DNA from: Balanoglossus misakiensis | Taxonomy: Eukaryota; Animalia; Hemichordata | NCBI GenBank assembly: GCA_040954595.2 | Contig: CM082596.2 | Coordinates: forward strand, 9,072,461-9,136,460 | Direction: 5' to 3' | DNA: 64,000 nucleotides | Shown here: piece by piece, positions 27,251-38,868 of the stretch | Position numbering within the stretch: the first letter of the stretch is position 1 | Layout of the letters: each line of letters begins with the position of its first letter | The notes under the pieces: generated by a model | What the model was told of the DNA's origin: nothing | Databases searched by the model: none | The model's input: only the letters and a program-made list of their open reading frames with translations | Translations under genes and position numbers: made by a program

Positions 27251-30200
27251 AAAAATACTTTATTTTTAAAATTTATTTAATGTTTTACTAATATTACATG
27301 TTTTACTTTACTTACTTTAGCAATAAAAAATGTTGAAAGCAAAACTTCAGATTTGTTATTGTATTCATTACTGCATAAACAACAATATCCATGGTTAATG
27401 ATACTGTAGCATTAGAACACTAACTGACACATTTTACTATGAAAAAAAGTCAGACAATGCTGATATACCAGATAAAAATTTTCCTCTGCGAAATTCCCAT
27501 CTCCTACAGAAAACAGCAAGAGGGTTCAAGAAAGGTCAGATAATACCCAACAGGCAATCTGAAATACATTAATCAAATAAAATCATATGGCCACCACACT
27601 CTATTTTGAGATAAACTTCACTAAATATTTTGCCCACAGACAAACCATTGGTAAAAAATGCTGACTCAACAATAAAGTGGATGGATATGCATACATAAAC
27701 ACGCATCAATCATGCAAAAACTACCCCCCCCCCACCAATTCATTGTCTCCTACAAATACTGTCCTGTGTGATTGTGGCAGTGGGTGGAGGTGGAATTGAC
27801 GCAAGGTGATAAGAAAGCCTTCTTGGGTCATTTTCTTCCAAGACCATTTTTGTCTGCATACCACGATTGTCAATAAGACGGTTTTCAACGACAAGCCTCT
27901 TCAGGTCCCTGATGTGAGGGAATGTTTTTTCTACTTTTTCAGGGTAAACACTCCATCGTTGGCTCTTCTTGTTGAAATGCCTGTGGTAGCTGTATAAAAA
28001 ATGGCATATTACAATGGTTAAATGGGCTGTGAATAAATATGTAATAAGTGTTACGCAGACTAATTATATATTACATGTACATCACTTATTTCCAGACAGA
28101 TTGAAAAACCAATCACATATGCTCAGAGAATATTATTTCTCAAAATGTTCATGGAGGGACAGACAGACGGATAAACAACTTGATGAAAGGCAAAATGATG
28201 ACAGAATTTCTCTATCTGCTATGCATTATATTGTTGAAATGTCTCTGCTTCTCTTGAAGAAACCTCTGGTATTGTGAATTGTTTATATCTTATCCACTTA
28301 TGATAAGATCTTAAAATAAATGCAATAGGACAAAAATCCACTTACATAATTTCATCGCGTTTATTTCGTCTAAGATCTCTACCGTTATGAACGTTGTGGT
28401 CTAGTGCAGCCAGCAGATTCCGTGCTCTGTAAACAGGTGGCGAGTATGCAAATCTTTTGCCAGCGTACATCAGCACATGCTGCTAAAATGTTTCAAGTTC
28501 CGCTGTACTCCTGGAAATAGACATAAAATTTACCATTAACTACTGTACTTTACTTTGGCTGTAGCCCAGAAGTAATACAAATGAATAATGTCAACCCTCT
28601 AATTTGTGAAAAATGTTGAAACAGTGTTGTTTTCTGACAAAAGACAATAAATGTAGCAAAATGCATACTGTATTCTCCTGAACATTGTGGAATGAATTAT
28701 ATTTTGACAAACAAGGACAGTCAATCAATTTAAAATCATGTTATGTCATTCGGGAACATGTCATGTACAAGTGAGTTTGATGATTCACATGTGCATGTAC
28801 ATTTTGGTTTGATAAAACCATGGATACTAGCGCCACAGTATCAACGCTTGAAGCTTACAATGTACCTGAAATTGATGTAGTATTCCACCCTTGTCAATAA
28901 TCACTTGTTCAGTACTATGTTTACAAGTGCCTTGTGAGCTGCACTCCCCTTGACCAGCCACTCCTTATCACTGTCCTCAGTTTCTGTCAGTGGTCCATGA
29001 TTGCATTCACTGACGCCCTGACCATATGCCAACATCCATGAGTGTTCATTGACAATATGGTGTATGACACCACACCAAATTCCCTGTGTATATGGAAAGG
29101 AATAAAAGCCTGTAGCAAGGTAGTACTGGGAAATTTAACAGGGTTTAAAAACAATTCTTTCACCCTTGTCCCTTTAACTTACCTTAAACTCATCGCTTGT
29201 TGTGGCCTGTTGACACGAATACCAAAAATGATAAACGATATGTCTTGTCCACTTCAGCAAGTGTTTACATCCCTTTTCCTGACCAGCCTGAAAGACATTT
29301 AAAAAGATGTGAAATACACTAACACACAACTGGAGAATCAATTGGAGTATAAAAGATGTTGCATAGAAGTACAGTCAGGTGGATTGGGACTAATACATGT
29401 ATAACAACTCACCTTGATTATCTTTTTACCAAGATTTTTGGCGGCATGCCAGACATCCAGGGAATGTTTGATTTGGGGGTATGATTTTTCTGTAAAAAAG
29501 GCAGAATTGATACCAATATTTAAATAAACACAATTACTGATCTGCGCACTGTGTTCGAAGATTTTGATGTTAACACAACCTGTGTCATTGTGCATCAACT
29601 TCTTATTTCGTAGAAATACCCTAGTGAGCTAAAGACATAAAAATGTTTTGAATTTATTGTTCCCTGTCAAATGGAAAGTGATCCGAATGTGAAACAACAC
29701 CAAATAATACATGTTGCATTAACTTACTCATCAAAGCCCCAATTTGCATATGATCATCTGTGACTACTTCTTTTATCTGACCAGCCCCTCATCCAACAGG
29801 TGATCCAAAACATGCTTAAATGAAGCTTTTTCCAAGACGGTGGATTTTCCCCCAGTTTGCCTTTTGTCCATGGTGACTATATCCAGGATGTTTTTGGACT
29901 CATTGTCCATAACTGTGTACGTGCAGTACTGAGCACAGAATCCCGGCGAATCCATTCTTCCATCACCTGTGGTAGTGAGAGTAAGGAATTATATTATCAA
30001 TAATCTATCCTCTCCATACTTGCTTACATTCTCACTTGAAATACAAATACTTTCACACAAAAAATGTACGAAAAGGAATGTCTCTGATTTATAATCAGCT
30101 AACATATGTGGCTACCCACAGTTGAGCCTAAAATGTGTCACTTCTAGTATACAAAAGCCAGACTAAAGACACCATGTTTCTGCTACAAACATATATTTAT

Positions 30201-33193
30201 TTTTTGGTATTCACAAGTTAATTTACTTACCAAGGATAACAATGTCAACATCCTTATATTCCCCAAGTAGCTCTTGTTGATGGATATTCCAAAACTGGTC
30301 AATACTGGGTACAAGATAGTGCCTTTGGATTTTATGAAACGTGTTACAGCTGACCATCTTTAGATTCAGCATGCGAGCAAATAATGAAATCTTCTTATAA
30401 TTATTGCCAGACATCAATATTGCTGCAAGAGATCGCCGCTATGCAACCTGTTCTTCATAATTGGCTGTGAGCACCACCTATACTCTATATGGCCAGCAGA
30501 ACATATCTTAAATAAAAAAAGAAAAGGTAAATTCATGACTTGATGGTTTATGATACTCTACAAAATGATAGTGTTAAAGATTTCACAGAATGAAGAAATT
30601 AACTCATTTTTATGCATTATTCTACATACGAGTCATCATCACCCACGGTAAAAAGTGTTGGTAATATATTGAACAGAACAAACTGCATTTCCAGCCAGAT
30701 ATAAATGTCCACTGTTCATAAAGATGCCAAAGACATCATCAGCATCCTACAGTACCTGGGATCTGTTCACCAAAAACATGTTATCGAAAGTTGCTATTGC
30801 CACATTTCCCTACACACCTATTTCATACTGAAACTACTTTAACAACCTCATACATACCCAGTTCAAATACAAGGCAGATCCCACAGCTTTGGATGAAATG
30901 GCTAATGCTCTATTGCATTTGCTGGCACTGCACACAGATTTGACAGACGTTTGAGCTAGCACCAGTAACTGTTGTAGGCTAACCAAGCAGAAGTTATCAT
31001 CAAGAAGACTGTTCACATCTGTGACATTCTTTAGCCTCAATAAACCAGGCCCCACTGATTCTTCTGTGTCATCATCAAAGTCTTCTTGTTCATCATCACA
31101 ATCATCGTCACTTCCACCATGTTAGATCTCAGACTCTTCCAAAGGCAAGTCTTCTAATTCTAATCCATGGGGTCTATCAAATGTATTAGGTTTAGCAATT
31201 AATCCATGAGACAGCGAATTATTGACATAATACTGCAAAAATCAAAGATTTTAAAACGATTAGCAATGCTACAAAATTACCATGATTGTAAAAATCAATA
31301 ATCAACTGTATGAATGGATGGTCAATAACAATTTGAACTATACAAAGTCTGTAATTTCTTGATTGACTGACTAAAGTGTAATGTTACATCTCTAGTCAAA
31401 ATTAGTTCCTACAAATGTAACTTTCTGAAGTGTAAGATTTAAATCTGGCTGATAAGGAGGATCATCATAGTCTGTTAGCTCATCACCTCTGTCATCATCG
31501 CAGCTGCCAATGACTTCTATGCTCAACCTGTAGAACACAAAGAAAATATATTGACCAGTAGTTAAAAGCAAAATAATGTCACAGTCAATGAAAATAATAA
31601 CATTAGAATATGCATAAAATATAGTTAGCTTTTCTACTTAGAAAATCCATAAGATTATTCAAATACACATTATCACAGTCTATTATAATTATTTTGAAAA
31701 ATTTACAAGTTTTGTAAACTCTGAAATATACATGCACCTAAGGAAAATGAAATGCTATCACTCAAAATATTCTTCCCAAAAGTATTCTCACTCAAAGCAA
31801 GTTATAGTAACAGAACCTACTCAAATGGATTGACAAATGATCCAGATAGCACCGCCTTTATTTGTCTTGCTGGTCTGCCACTAAAAGGAGTAAATGAAGG
31901 ATTATATGTATTACATTACACTTTCAATATTACAAACCATTATGTAAAAACAAATGATTGACTAAAGCACGAGTGTAATACACTGGACTTGCAAGAATTC
32001 TGATTATAAACAAAAAATATTTGATCGCTTTACCTTGCTATGTCGTCTGTTGCTGATTATTTCTGTGAAGCAGGTAAATCTTCAATTCCTGACATCAAAA
32101 CATCTCTGACAGAGGAATAAAAAAGACAGATGCAATAAGTCTCAATGTGTGAAAATCCTAACATACCACCACCACAACCACCACCATAATAATTATTACT
32201 AATTAAAAAAAATTCTACTTACCCTTCATCAGATAAAATTGAAGAGACCTCTGACATTTCTGGCATTTTATCATGTTGGTAAATAGCTGGTGTTGAGGTT
32301 TTGGGCTGCTTTTCACCACTGCAATTTGTGAACATCAATAATACAATCATCAGATAAAAATTTGACTTTTTGAACCATCACTGGTAATACTGAGCCACAC
32401 ATTGACTTCATAAGTTGGCAGATAATAGTAAAAGTTTGGTCTTACCTAAGAGAGTGATCATCAGAAGATCGGCAGCACATCTTCTGCACTCCCTCACTCA
32501 CAGTAACTGTGGTTGGAGCATCTACCGTTGGTACTGGTGTTACTTTCTCTCTGTTTTTGTAGTAACTACAAATCATTGGAAACAAAACCACATATTTAAA
32601 AATACACCAATAAATAGAATAATGGGGAAATAAAAAAAAAAAATTCTTTATTTACCATGATTAGGTATCACTGGTCAATTCTTTCCCTTGCCACGTGAAA
32701 ATAGTCTACATGTATTATTCATTTTTACGCGTACATACAATTATCATCATGAAGTACAAGACCGCATTACTGTGTGGTACGTATATGTAATCCAAAAGAA
32801 TCTAGCCGATCGTCGGACGTGATTTTCGCTGCTTGTTGCTCCTACTAAGTGCGGCTAAGTGTGCGAGTGAAGCAACAACATTACAGAAGTCAGAACGTTG
32901 ATTATCGCGGGTACAAATCACCTTTATATTCTTAGAGACTTCGGGGTAAAAAAAGAAGAAAACACGTCATTTATTTCTTGCAAAAAATGTGCATAGCAAT
33001 GGATCATTTCACGGTTATCGGCGCCATCTTGAACGCATGTGGCGTCCTTCATTGTTGTCATTAGAGCAAACACGGAAGTGTCGTCTCTTAGCAGCTCCTG
33101 CCACTTTTCGATAATTTTCCTGAAATTGGTCAACTTTTTTCCATCACAACAGGTAAATTAACTCGGAAAGTTGTATCAAATACCAAAACTTTC

Positions 33194-36100
33194 TGTTATG
33201 TTATTGACTATTATTATTCGGGAGACCGTGGGGTGGATCGATGACCAGGACTGACTTATTGCAAGTAAACACAACTATTTATTATGAAGATATGTGCGCG
33301 ACTGTGTCTAACAGTCCGCCATGAAACAGCAAGAGAGCGAAGTAACAGCAGGGTTACATGCACTGGAAATCAGGGCGCGAGCGAGGGCGCTATAGCAAGG
33401 ATAGCTGACACAAGGTGATAACACAACATCCCCCTTTGTAAGAAAAAGTGACAGAACACAGTTTGGCAAAATCTGAGCTTGTGAATGTCAATAACAATGT
33501 CTTTCAATGAATGAACTCATAACTTAAGTGTCACTGATTGAGCTCATTAGAGTTCACAAGTCTAGGCGCTCTGGTTTCCTAATCGTATGCTGTGAACGAC
33601 GTAACGCGGGTGCTGCGGCAGCGGTGTTGTTTTCCTTCGTGGGTGTGGAGTTTGCAGTGCTGGCTGGTCCCGGTACATCTACGGTGATGTCGTTGTCGTG
33701 ACGGCGCGTACGTAGGTCTTCATCACGGAAGATCTCTGCAGTAGGCCTGATGTGGCGTCGGTTACGCCTGTACACACCTCGCGATGTCTCTACTGTATAA
33801 GATCGCGGTTCGGCGGTGCGCGTGATGATCTTGCCTGGTTCCAATGTCTTGTTGACGGGGTGTTGCACACGGACGGATTGTTGTGGCTTCAACTCGGACA
33901 GGGGACGGTTGCTCTCAAAGCGTTTTGTTGACGCGTCTTGACGGCGTTGTAATGCTTCGCTATGGCGGCTTGCATTGTGTGGCATCCTGCCCGGTAGGTT
34001 TGACTTGTACATGCGTGAATTCAGCATCTCGCAGGGCGACGGCAAGTTGTGATCAATCGGCGTTGTGCGCAGACATAGCATAGCTAAATGCGGATCAGTG
34101 CCTGTCTCGCGGGCTTTCGTGAATAGATCTTTCACCGTATCGACCTGCTTCTCGATGAAGCCATTGCTGGACGGGAAGTGAGGTGAACTCGTGATGTGTT
34201 CAAATCCGTAGTTTCTCGCGAATTCAAGGAATTCCTTGCAATCGAATTGCGGTCCGTTGTCAGAAATCAAGCGATGGCATATTCCATGCTCGTTGAACAT
34301 CACTTTCATGTGGTTGATGATCGATCTCGAACTGAGGTTGCTCAGTTTGCGTACCAGTGGGAATTTAGAATATTGGTCGGCTACCAATAGGTATGTTGAT
34401 TGTTCCCAGTAGAACAAGTCGGTTGATAGCGTGTGCCATGGTCCGGGTGGCACGTCGTATGAGTGCAGCGGTTCTTTGGGCAGCGAGTTTTGGTGCTTTT
34501 GGCACGTTGGGCATTTGCGTACCATTTGTTCAATGTCATTGTTCATGCCTACCCAATAGACTGCAGATTTGGCGCGTAGCCGGCATTTCTCTATGCCCTG
34601 GTGTGCGAGATGAATCTTCTCTAGCGCCATTTTGCGTAATGACTTGGGTACGACGATTCTGTTACCCTTGATGACGACTCCATCTGCTACACCTAATTCT
34701 TCTCGGAATGTCCAATACGGAAGCAAGTGAGTTGGACACTCGGCGCGCGTGTCTGGCCAACCTGTCATAATCATATTGCGAAGCGCGGTTAGCTCAACAT
34801 CGCGGGCGGTCTCTTCGCGGAACTGATCAAGTCGAGCGGGTGAAGCACTCAGGTTCATCTGATGTACTGTAATGTCGAGACCTTCGACTGTTGTTCCGGC
34901 CTTGGGATCAACGCATGATAGCGCGTCAGCTAGCGGGACGCATTTCCCTGTGACGTACTCTAGTGTGTAGTTGTATGGTTGCATGCGTAGCAGCATTCGT
35001 GCTAGTCTCGGTGTAACATTCACTATGTTTTTCTTTACGATGCTCACCAGCGGCCGGTGATCTGTCTCGATTGTGACGTGGCGGGCGAATACGTACTCGT
35101 GGAAACGCTCTAGACCATATACCACGGCTAACATTTCCCTCTCGATATTTGAGTAGCGCATTTCTGTGTCCGTCAGTGCTTTACTCGCGAACGCGATCGG
35201 GCGTTTGTCTTGAATAAGCGATGCACCTAGGGCTCTGCTGGACGCGTCTACTTGTAACGTCAGCGGTTTGCGTGGATCGTAAAACGGAAGATTGCGTGTT
35301 GCGCACATCTCTGCTTTGATTCGCGTGAATGCACGGTCGTGTTCTGGACCCCACAGGAACTCCGAGTCCTGTCTACAAAGGTCGCGTAACGGTGCCGTTA
35401 GGTCTGCTAAGCAGGGCGTGAATCTGCTTAGGTAGTTGACCATACCGAGAAAGCTCTGTAAGCTTTTCTTATCAGCTGGGCGGTCCATCTCCCTGATCGC
35501 TGATATCTTAGCGGGATCGGGCGAGATACCATCTTCTCCGATGATGTGACCGTAGAATGGTATGCGTTTGCATCGTACGACTAACTTCTCGTCGTTGAAG
35601 CGTGCGTTTTTCTCTCGTGCGCGTTGTAGTACGCGGCGAAGCGCGACATCGTGATCATGGCCGTCCGCGTCCCAGCCTGCGATTATGAGGTCATCTGAGA
35701 TTCCGAACACGCCATGGATGTCACCATATAGCTTATCCATCTGTCCTTGAAAGACATCTTGGGCGCACTTTATGCCCATCGGTAATCGGCGGTAGCAGTA
35801 TCTACCAAACGGTGTGTTGAACGTTGTGAGTAGGGCGCTCTCGTCATCTAGCGGTATGTTCCAATACCCGGAGCGAGCATCTAAAATGCTAAACCACTTT
35901 GCACCGTGCAGGCGGCTTACTATCTCATCGAACGTTGGGGTAGGATAGTGAGGACGTTTGATCGCGTGATTTAAATCTTTCGGATCGAGGCAGAGGCGGA
36001 TTCTGCCGTTTTTCTTTGTGACACAGACGCAACTGTTGACCCAATCAGTCGGTTGTGTGACCGGTTTCAGTACTCCTTTTTCTACAAGCGAGTCTAACTC

Positions 36101-38008
36101 CTCTTTGAGCGCGTCGCGAAGAGCGTACGGAACACGTCGCGGGGGGTGTACCACGGGCGGTACGTTCGGGTCAGTCTCGATGTGATATTTGCCCTCAAAG
36201 CAGCCAATCCCTTGAAATACATCCGCGTATTGTTCAAGCACTTTCTCACGCGCTATGGGATCGCCCTTTGGTCTGCCGCGTTGCGATGACGCGTTGGACA
36301 CAGTGTCGGACACCGTGTTGTCGTCTACCACATCGATGTTATAGTGAAATGTCACTAGCTGCAATGCGTTGCAGGTTGGCAAACCGAGAAGTACCGGTCC
36401 TTCGGCTTTGCTCACGTGAAATAAACAGCGCGTAGTCTTGTCGCGGTGTTTGAGTGTGAGGTAACACGTACCGTAAAGCTCAACGGTGTGACCTCCGAAC
36501 GCAATCAGTCTGGATTGACACGGCTGTAATCCAACCAATTCGTTTTCTTCAGTGGGTATCAGTGTTCGGTATACTGAGGCGGGCATGACATTACCCTCTG
36601 CACCAGTGTCTATCTTGCATCTGATGGCTTTTGTTTTGTAATCGGATCTGGCGCTGAGCGTGACGAAGGCTTGCTTGTCGCTACGGTTGCTAGGGGTGAC
36701 GGTTTGACAGCTGTGGTCTTCATGAACCGTGTGAAAGTAAACAGTAGCTGCTTCAGCGTTGACTGGACTTCCTGAGTCAGTCTCTTTCATTGTGTGAACA
36801 CGAGTAGTCGGCTCTGACTTCACTGTGCTCGGTGCTACTCTCGAGCGAGTTGATCTGCACATCTTTATCCAGTGGTTTTGCTTACCGCAGTTTCGGCAGG
36901 TTGATCCACGGGCAGGGCATCTTTCCTCCCGTTTATGAGATTTACCACAATTCCGGCAGGGTTGGGTTGGTGACCTAGGCGGTGACCTCGTGTCACGCTT
37001 TTTGGCGCTAGTCATTCTGTGGGTTTTCGGTTTTCCACCACGGGATCTGTGTATAACGTGAACTGTCTCTGGTTCAGCGCTGTTGATGTCATTCAGTTGA
37101 CGAGATGTGGCCTCGTGTCGCTGACATACTTGTATGGCGTCTTGTAGCGTTGTTTTTTCGCCTTTCTCAAGCAATTTCAATTGTACTTGACGTGAGTTGA
37201 TGCCATAAATGAGTGTATCTAACATGTGTTCGTTAGGCTCTTTGTAATTACAATCAGCACAAATGAGTCTGATTCGTTTCATGAAGCTGTCCACGGTTTC
37301 ATCGGTTTCTTGCTTCAGATTTCTCAATTTGAATCTGGCAACTCGAAAATTGCTGTGTGGCTTCACATATGCCTCGAACATCTCCCAGTGTTTGGCGAGA
37401 TCGTTCAGGGAATCGCCTTTCAGTCCCCATGATTTCTGTATGTCACGACCGTCTTGACCAATCCAGATCAGCAGATATCTGAGTTTTCTTTTGTCATCTA
37501 GGTTCGCTAATGGACCATCAAAGTACAGCTCACACAAGTCTTTAAACTTTGTGCGTGCGGTGACTGGGTCGTCAGAGTTCCAGTCCATCTGTGGTGTTGG
37601 GAGACCACTTAATTCTGCCATGCTGATGCTGTTTCGATTTCGGCGCGGAGAGCGTCTCAGTGTGTGTTACAATACCTGGCAATGTTCTGTGCAGTCGAGT
37701 CCGTTGGTTTCTTCTGATCACCACTTCAGCGACGGTTTCTAGTTGTCGGCTAAAGTCACCTTTCCTGACACCATGTTATGTTATTGACTATTATTATTCG
37801 GGAGACCGTGGGGTGGATCGATGACCAGGACTGACTTATTGCAAGTAAACACAACTATTTATTATGAAGATATGTGCGCGACTGTGTCTAACAGTCCGCC
37901 ATGAAACAGCAAGAGAGCGAAGTAACAGCAGGGTTACATGCACTGGAAATCAGGGCGCGAGCGAGGGCGCTATAGCAAGGATAGCTGACACAAGGTGATA
38001 ACACAACA
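33194..38008 (-). mobile_element. Full-length Gypsy (Mag-like) LTR retrotransposon, apparently intact
   Basis: 235-bp TG...CA LTRs at 33194-33428 and 37774-38008, identical by eye. 5-bp TSD CTTTC. PBS tggtgtcagga (tRNA-Leu-like) and PPT aaaggggga on the minus strand. Confidence 0.96.
33554..37621 (-). CDS. Gypsy Gag-Pol polyprotein (1355 aa)
   Basis: Gag zinc knuckles (CRNCGKQNHWIKMC), protease IDTGAEGN, RT (LDARSGYW...ISDDLII), RNase H (VDASS...EREMLA...TDHRPL), integrase HHCC plus D,D35E (TDLF, SDNGPQF, NGFIE). Confidence 0.96.
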   Translation of the reverse strand: MAELSGLPTPQMDWNSDDPVTARTKFKDLCELYFDGPLANLDDKRKLRYLLIWIGQDGRDIQKSWGLKGDSLNDLAKHWEMFEAYVKPHSNFRVARFKLRNLKQETDETVDSFMKRIRLICADCNYKEPNEHMLDTLIYGINSRQVQLKLLEKGEKTTLQDAIQVCQRHEATSRQLNDINSAEPETVHVIHRSRGGKPKTHRMTSAKKRDTRSPPRSPTQPCRNCGKSHKREERCPARGSTCRNCGKQNHWIKMCRSTRSRVAPSTVKSEPTTRVHTMKETDSGSPVNAEAATVYFHTVHEDHSCQTVTPSNRSDKQAFVTLSARSDYKTKAIRCKIDTGAEGNVMPASVYRTLIPTEENELVGLQPCQSRLIAFGGHTVELYGTCYLTLKHRDKTTRCLFHVSKAEGPVLLGLPTCNALQLVTFHYNIDVVDDNTVSDTVSNASSQRGRPKGDPIAREKVLEQYADVFQGIGCFEGKYHIETDPNVPPVVHPPRRVPYALRDALKEELDSLVEKGVLKPVTQPTDWVNSCVCVTKKNGRIRLCLDPKDLNHAIKRPHYPTPTFDEIVSRLHGAKWFSILDARSGYWNIPLDDESALLTTFNTPFGRYCYRRLPMGIKCAQDVFQGQMDKLYGDIHGVFGISDDLIIAGWDADGHDHDVALRRVLQRAREKNARFNDEKLVVRCKRIPFYGHIIGEDGISPDPAKISAIREMDRPADKKSLQSFLGMVNYLSRFTPCLADLTAPLRDLCRQDSEFLWGPEHDRAFTRIKAEMCATRNLPFYDPRKPLTLQVDASSRALGASLIQDKRPIAFASKALTDTEMRYSNIEREMLAVVYGLERFHEYVFARHVTIETDHRPLVSIVKKNIVNVTPRLARMLLRMQPYNYTLEYVTGKCVPLADALSCVDPKAGTTVEGLDITVHQMNLSASPARLDQFREETARDVELTALRNMIMTGWPDTRAECPTHLLPYWTFREELGVADGVVIKGNRIVVPKSLRKMALEKIHLAHQGIEKCRLRAKSAVYWVGMNNDIEQMVRKCPTCQKHQNSLPKEPLHSYDVPPGPWHTLSTDLFYWEQSTYLLVADQYSKFPLVRKLSNLSSRSIINHMKVMFNEHGICHRLISDNGPQFDCKEFLEFARNYGFEHITSSPHFPSSNGFIEKQVDTVKDLFTKARETGTDPHLAMLCLRTTPIDHNLPSPCEMLNSRMYKSNLPGRMPHNASRHSEALQRRQDASTKRFESNRPLSELKPQQSVRVQHPVNKTLEPGKIITRTAEPRSYTVETSRGVYRRNRRHIRPTAEIFRDEDLRTRRHDNDITVDVPGPASTANSTPTKENNTAAAAPALRRSQHTIRKPERLDL

Positions 38009-38868
38009 CTTTCCAAATTTATTACTGTCATCCTTTTTTACGCAATTTATCCAACTTGTAATCGTGACTGTACAGTGGTCGGTAATGGCGGTAGGTACAA
38101 AAGTAATCGTCTCCTATCACAGAGTCACGATCTTTCCGGACACAATTGGATATAAAGAATTGATTATTTTAGCCATCAACACTTGGAGAGGTAATGATTT
38201 AAACGTTACATTATCTTGTATCCAAAAAATGAGCGTGACAGATTGATAGTACGTTTGCTACCGCGATCGTCCATACGAAAAGCCTTGGTGATTTTATGTA
38301 CATGTATGATGTACACTGTCAATAGTTTTCGGCCATAGCTTAAGATGACAAAAATCGTGACTGTATCCGATGTCTGTTTGATTTTTTTTGACAGGCCAAT
38401 GCTGCAGTTGTAGCAGATAGACAGAGCATACTATTCTTAGAGGTTGTATATCATAGCCAGTTGTACATGAGTATAGATTCAAAAAGACTAGATAGGTTTG
38501 CAGCATAGAGCAAGAGGTAAGCAAACATGAAATGGACATCTGGACTCTGTTGATGTCTGATTGGATTTGAAGTGTAGCTTTTCAAAGTCACTTTGGTGTA
38601 ATAAAATACATTATTGCATATGTATAATATATGTGCGTATGTGTGAACTAATTTTGCCCTCAAACAAACCGAATTTTAAAATGCTTTGAGTCATTTTGAG
38701 GATTTCCCTATACCTATGCATGTAGTGTACATGTAGATAATTTTCTTTAGTCACCAGTGAGTTTGTTGAGTCAGTAGACTAAAAGAAAGCAAAGTGACAT
38801 ATGTATATGTTTTTTTTCAATTCAACAGAATAGCTAGAATATAGAATAGTTGTCGATTGTTGAAGACT

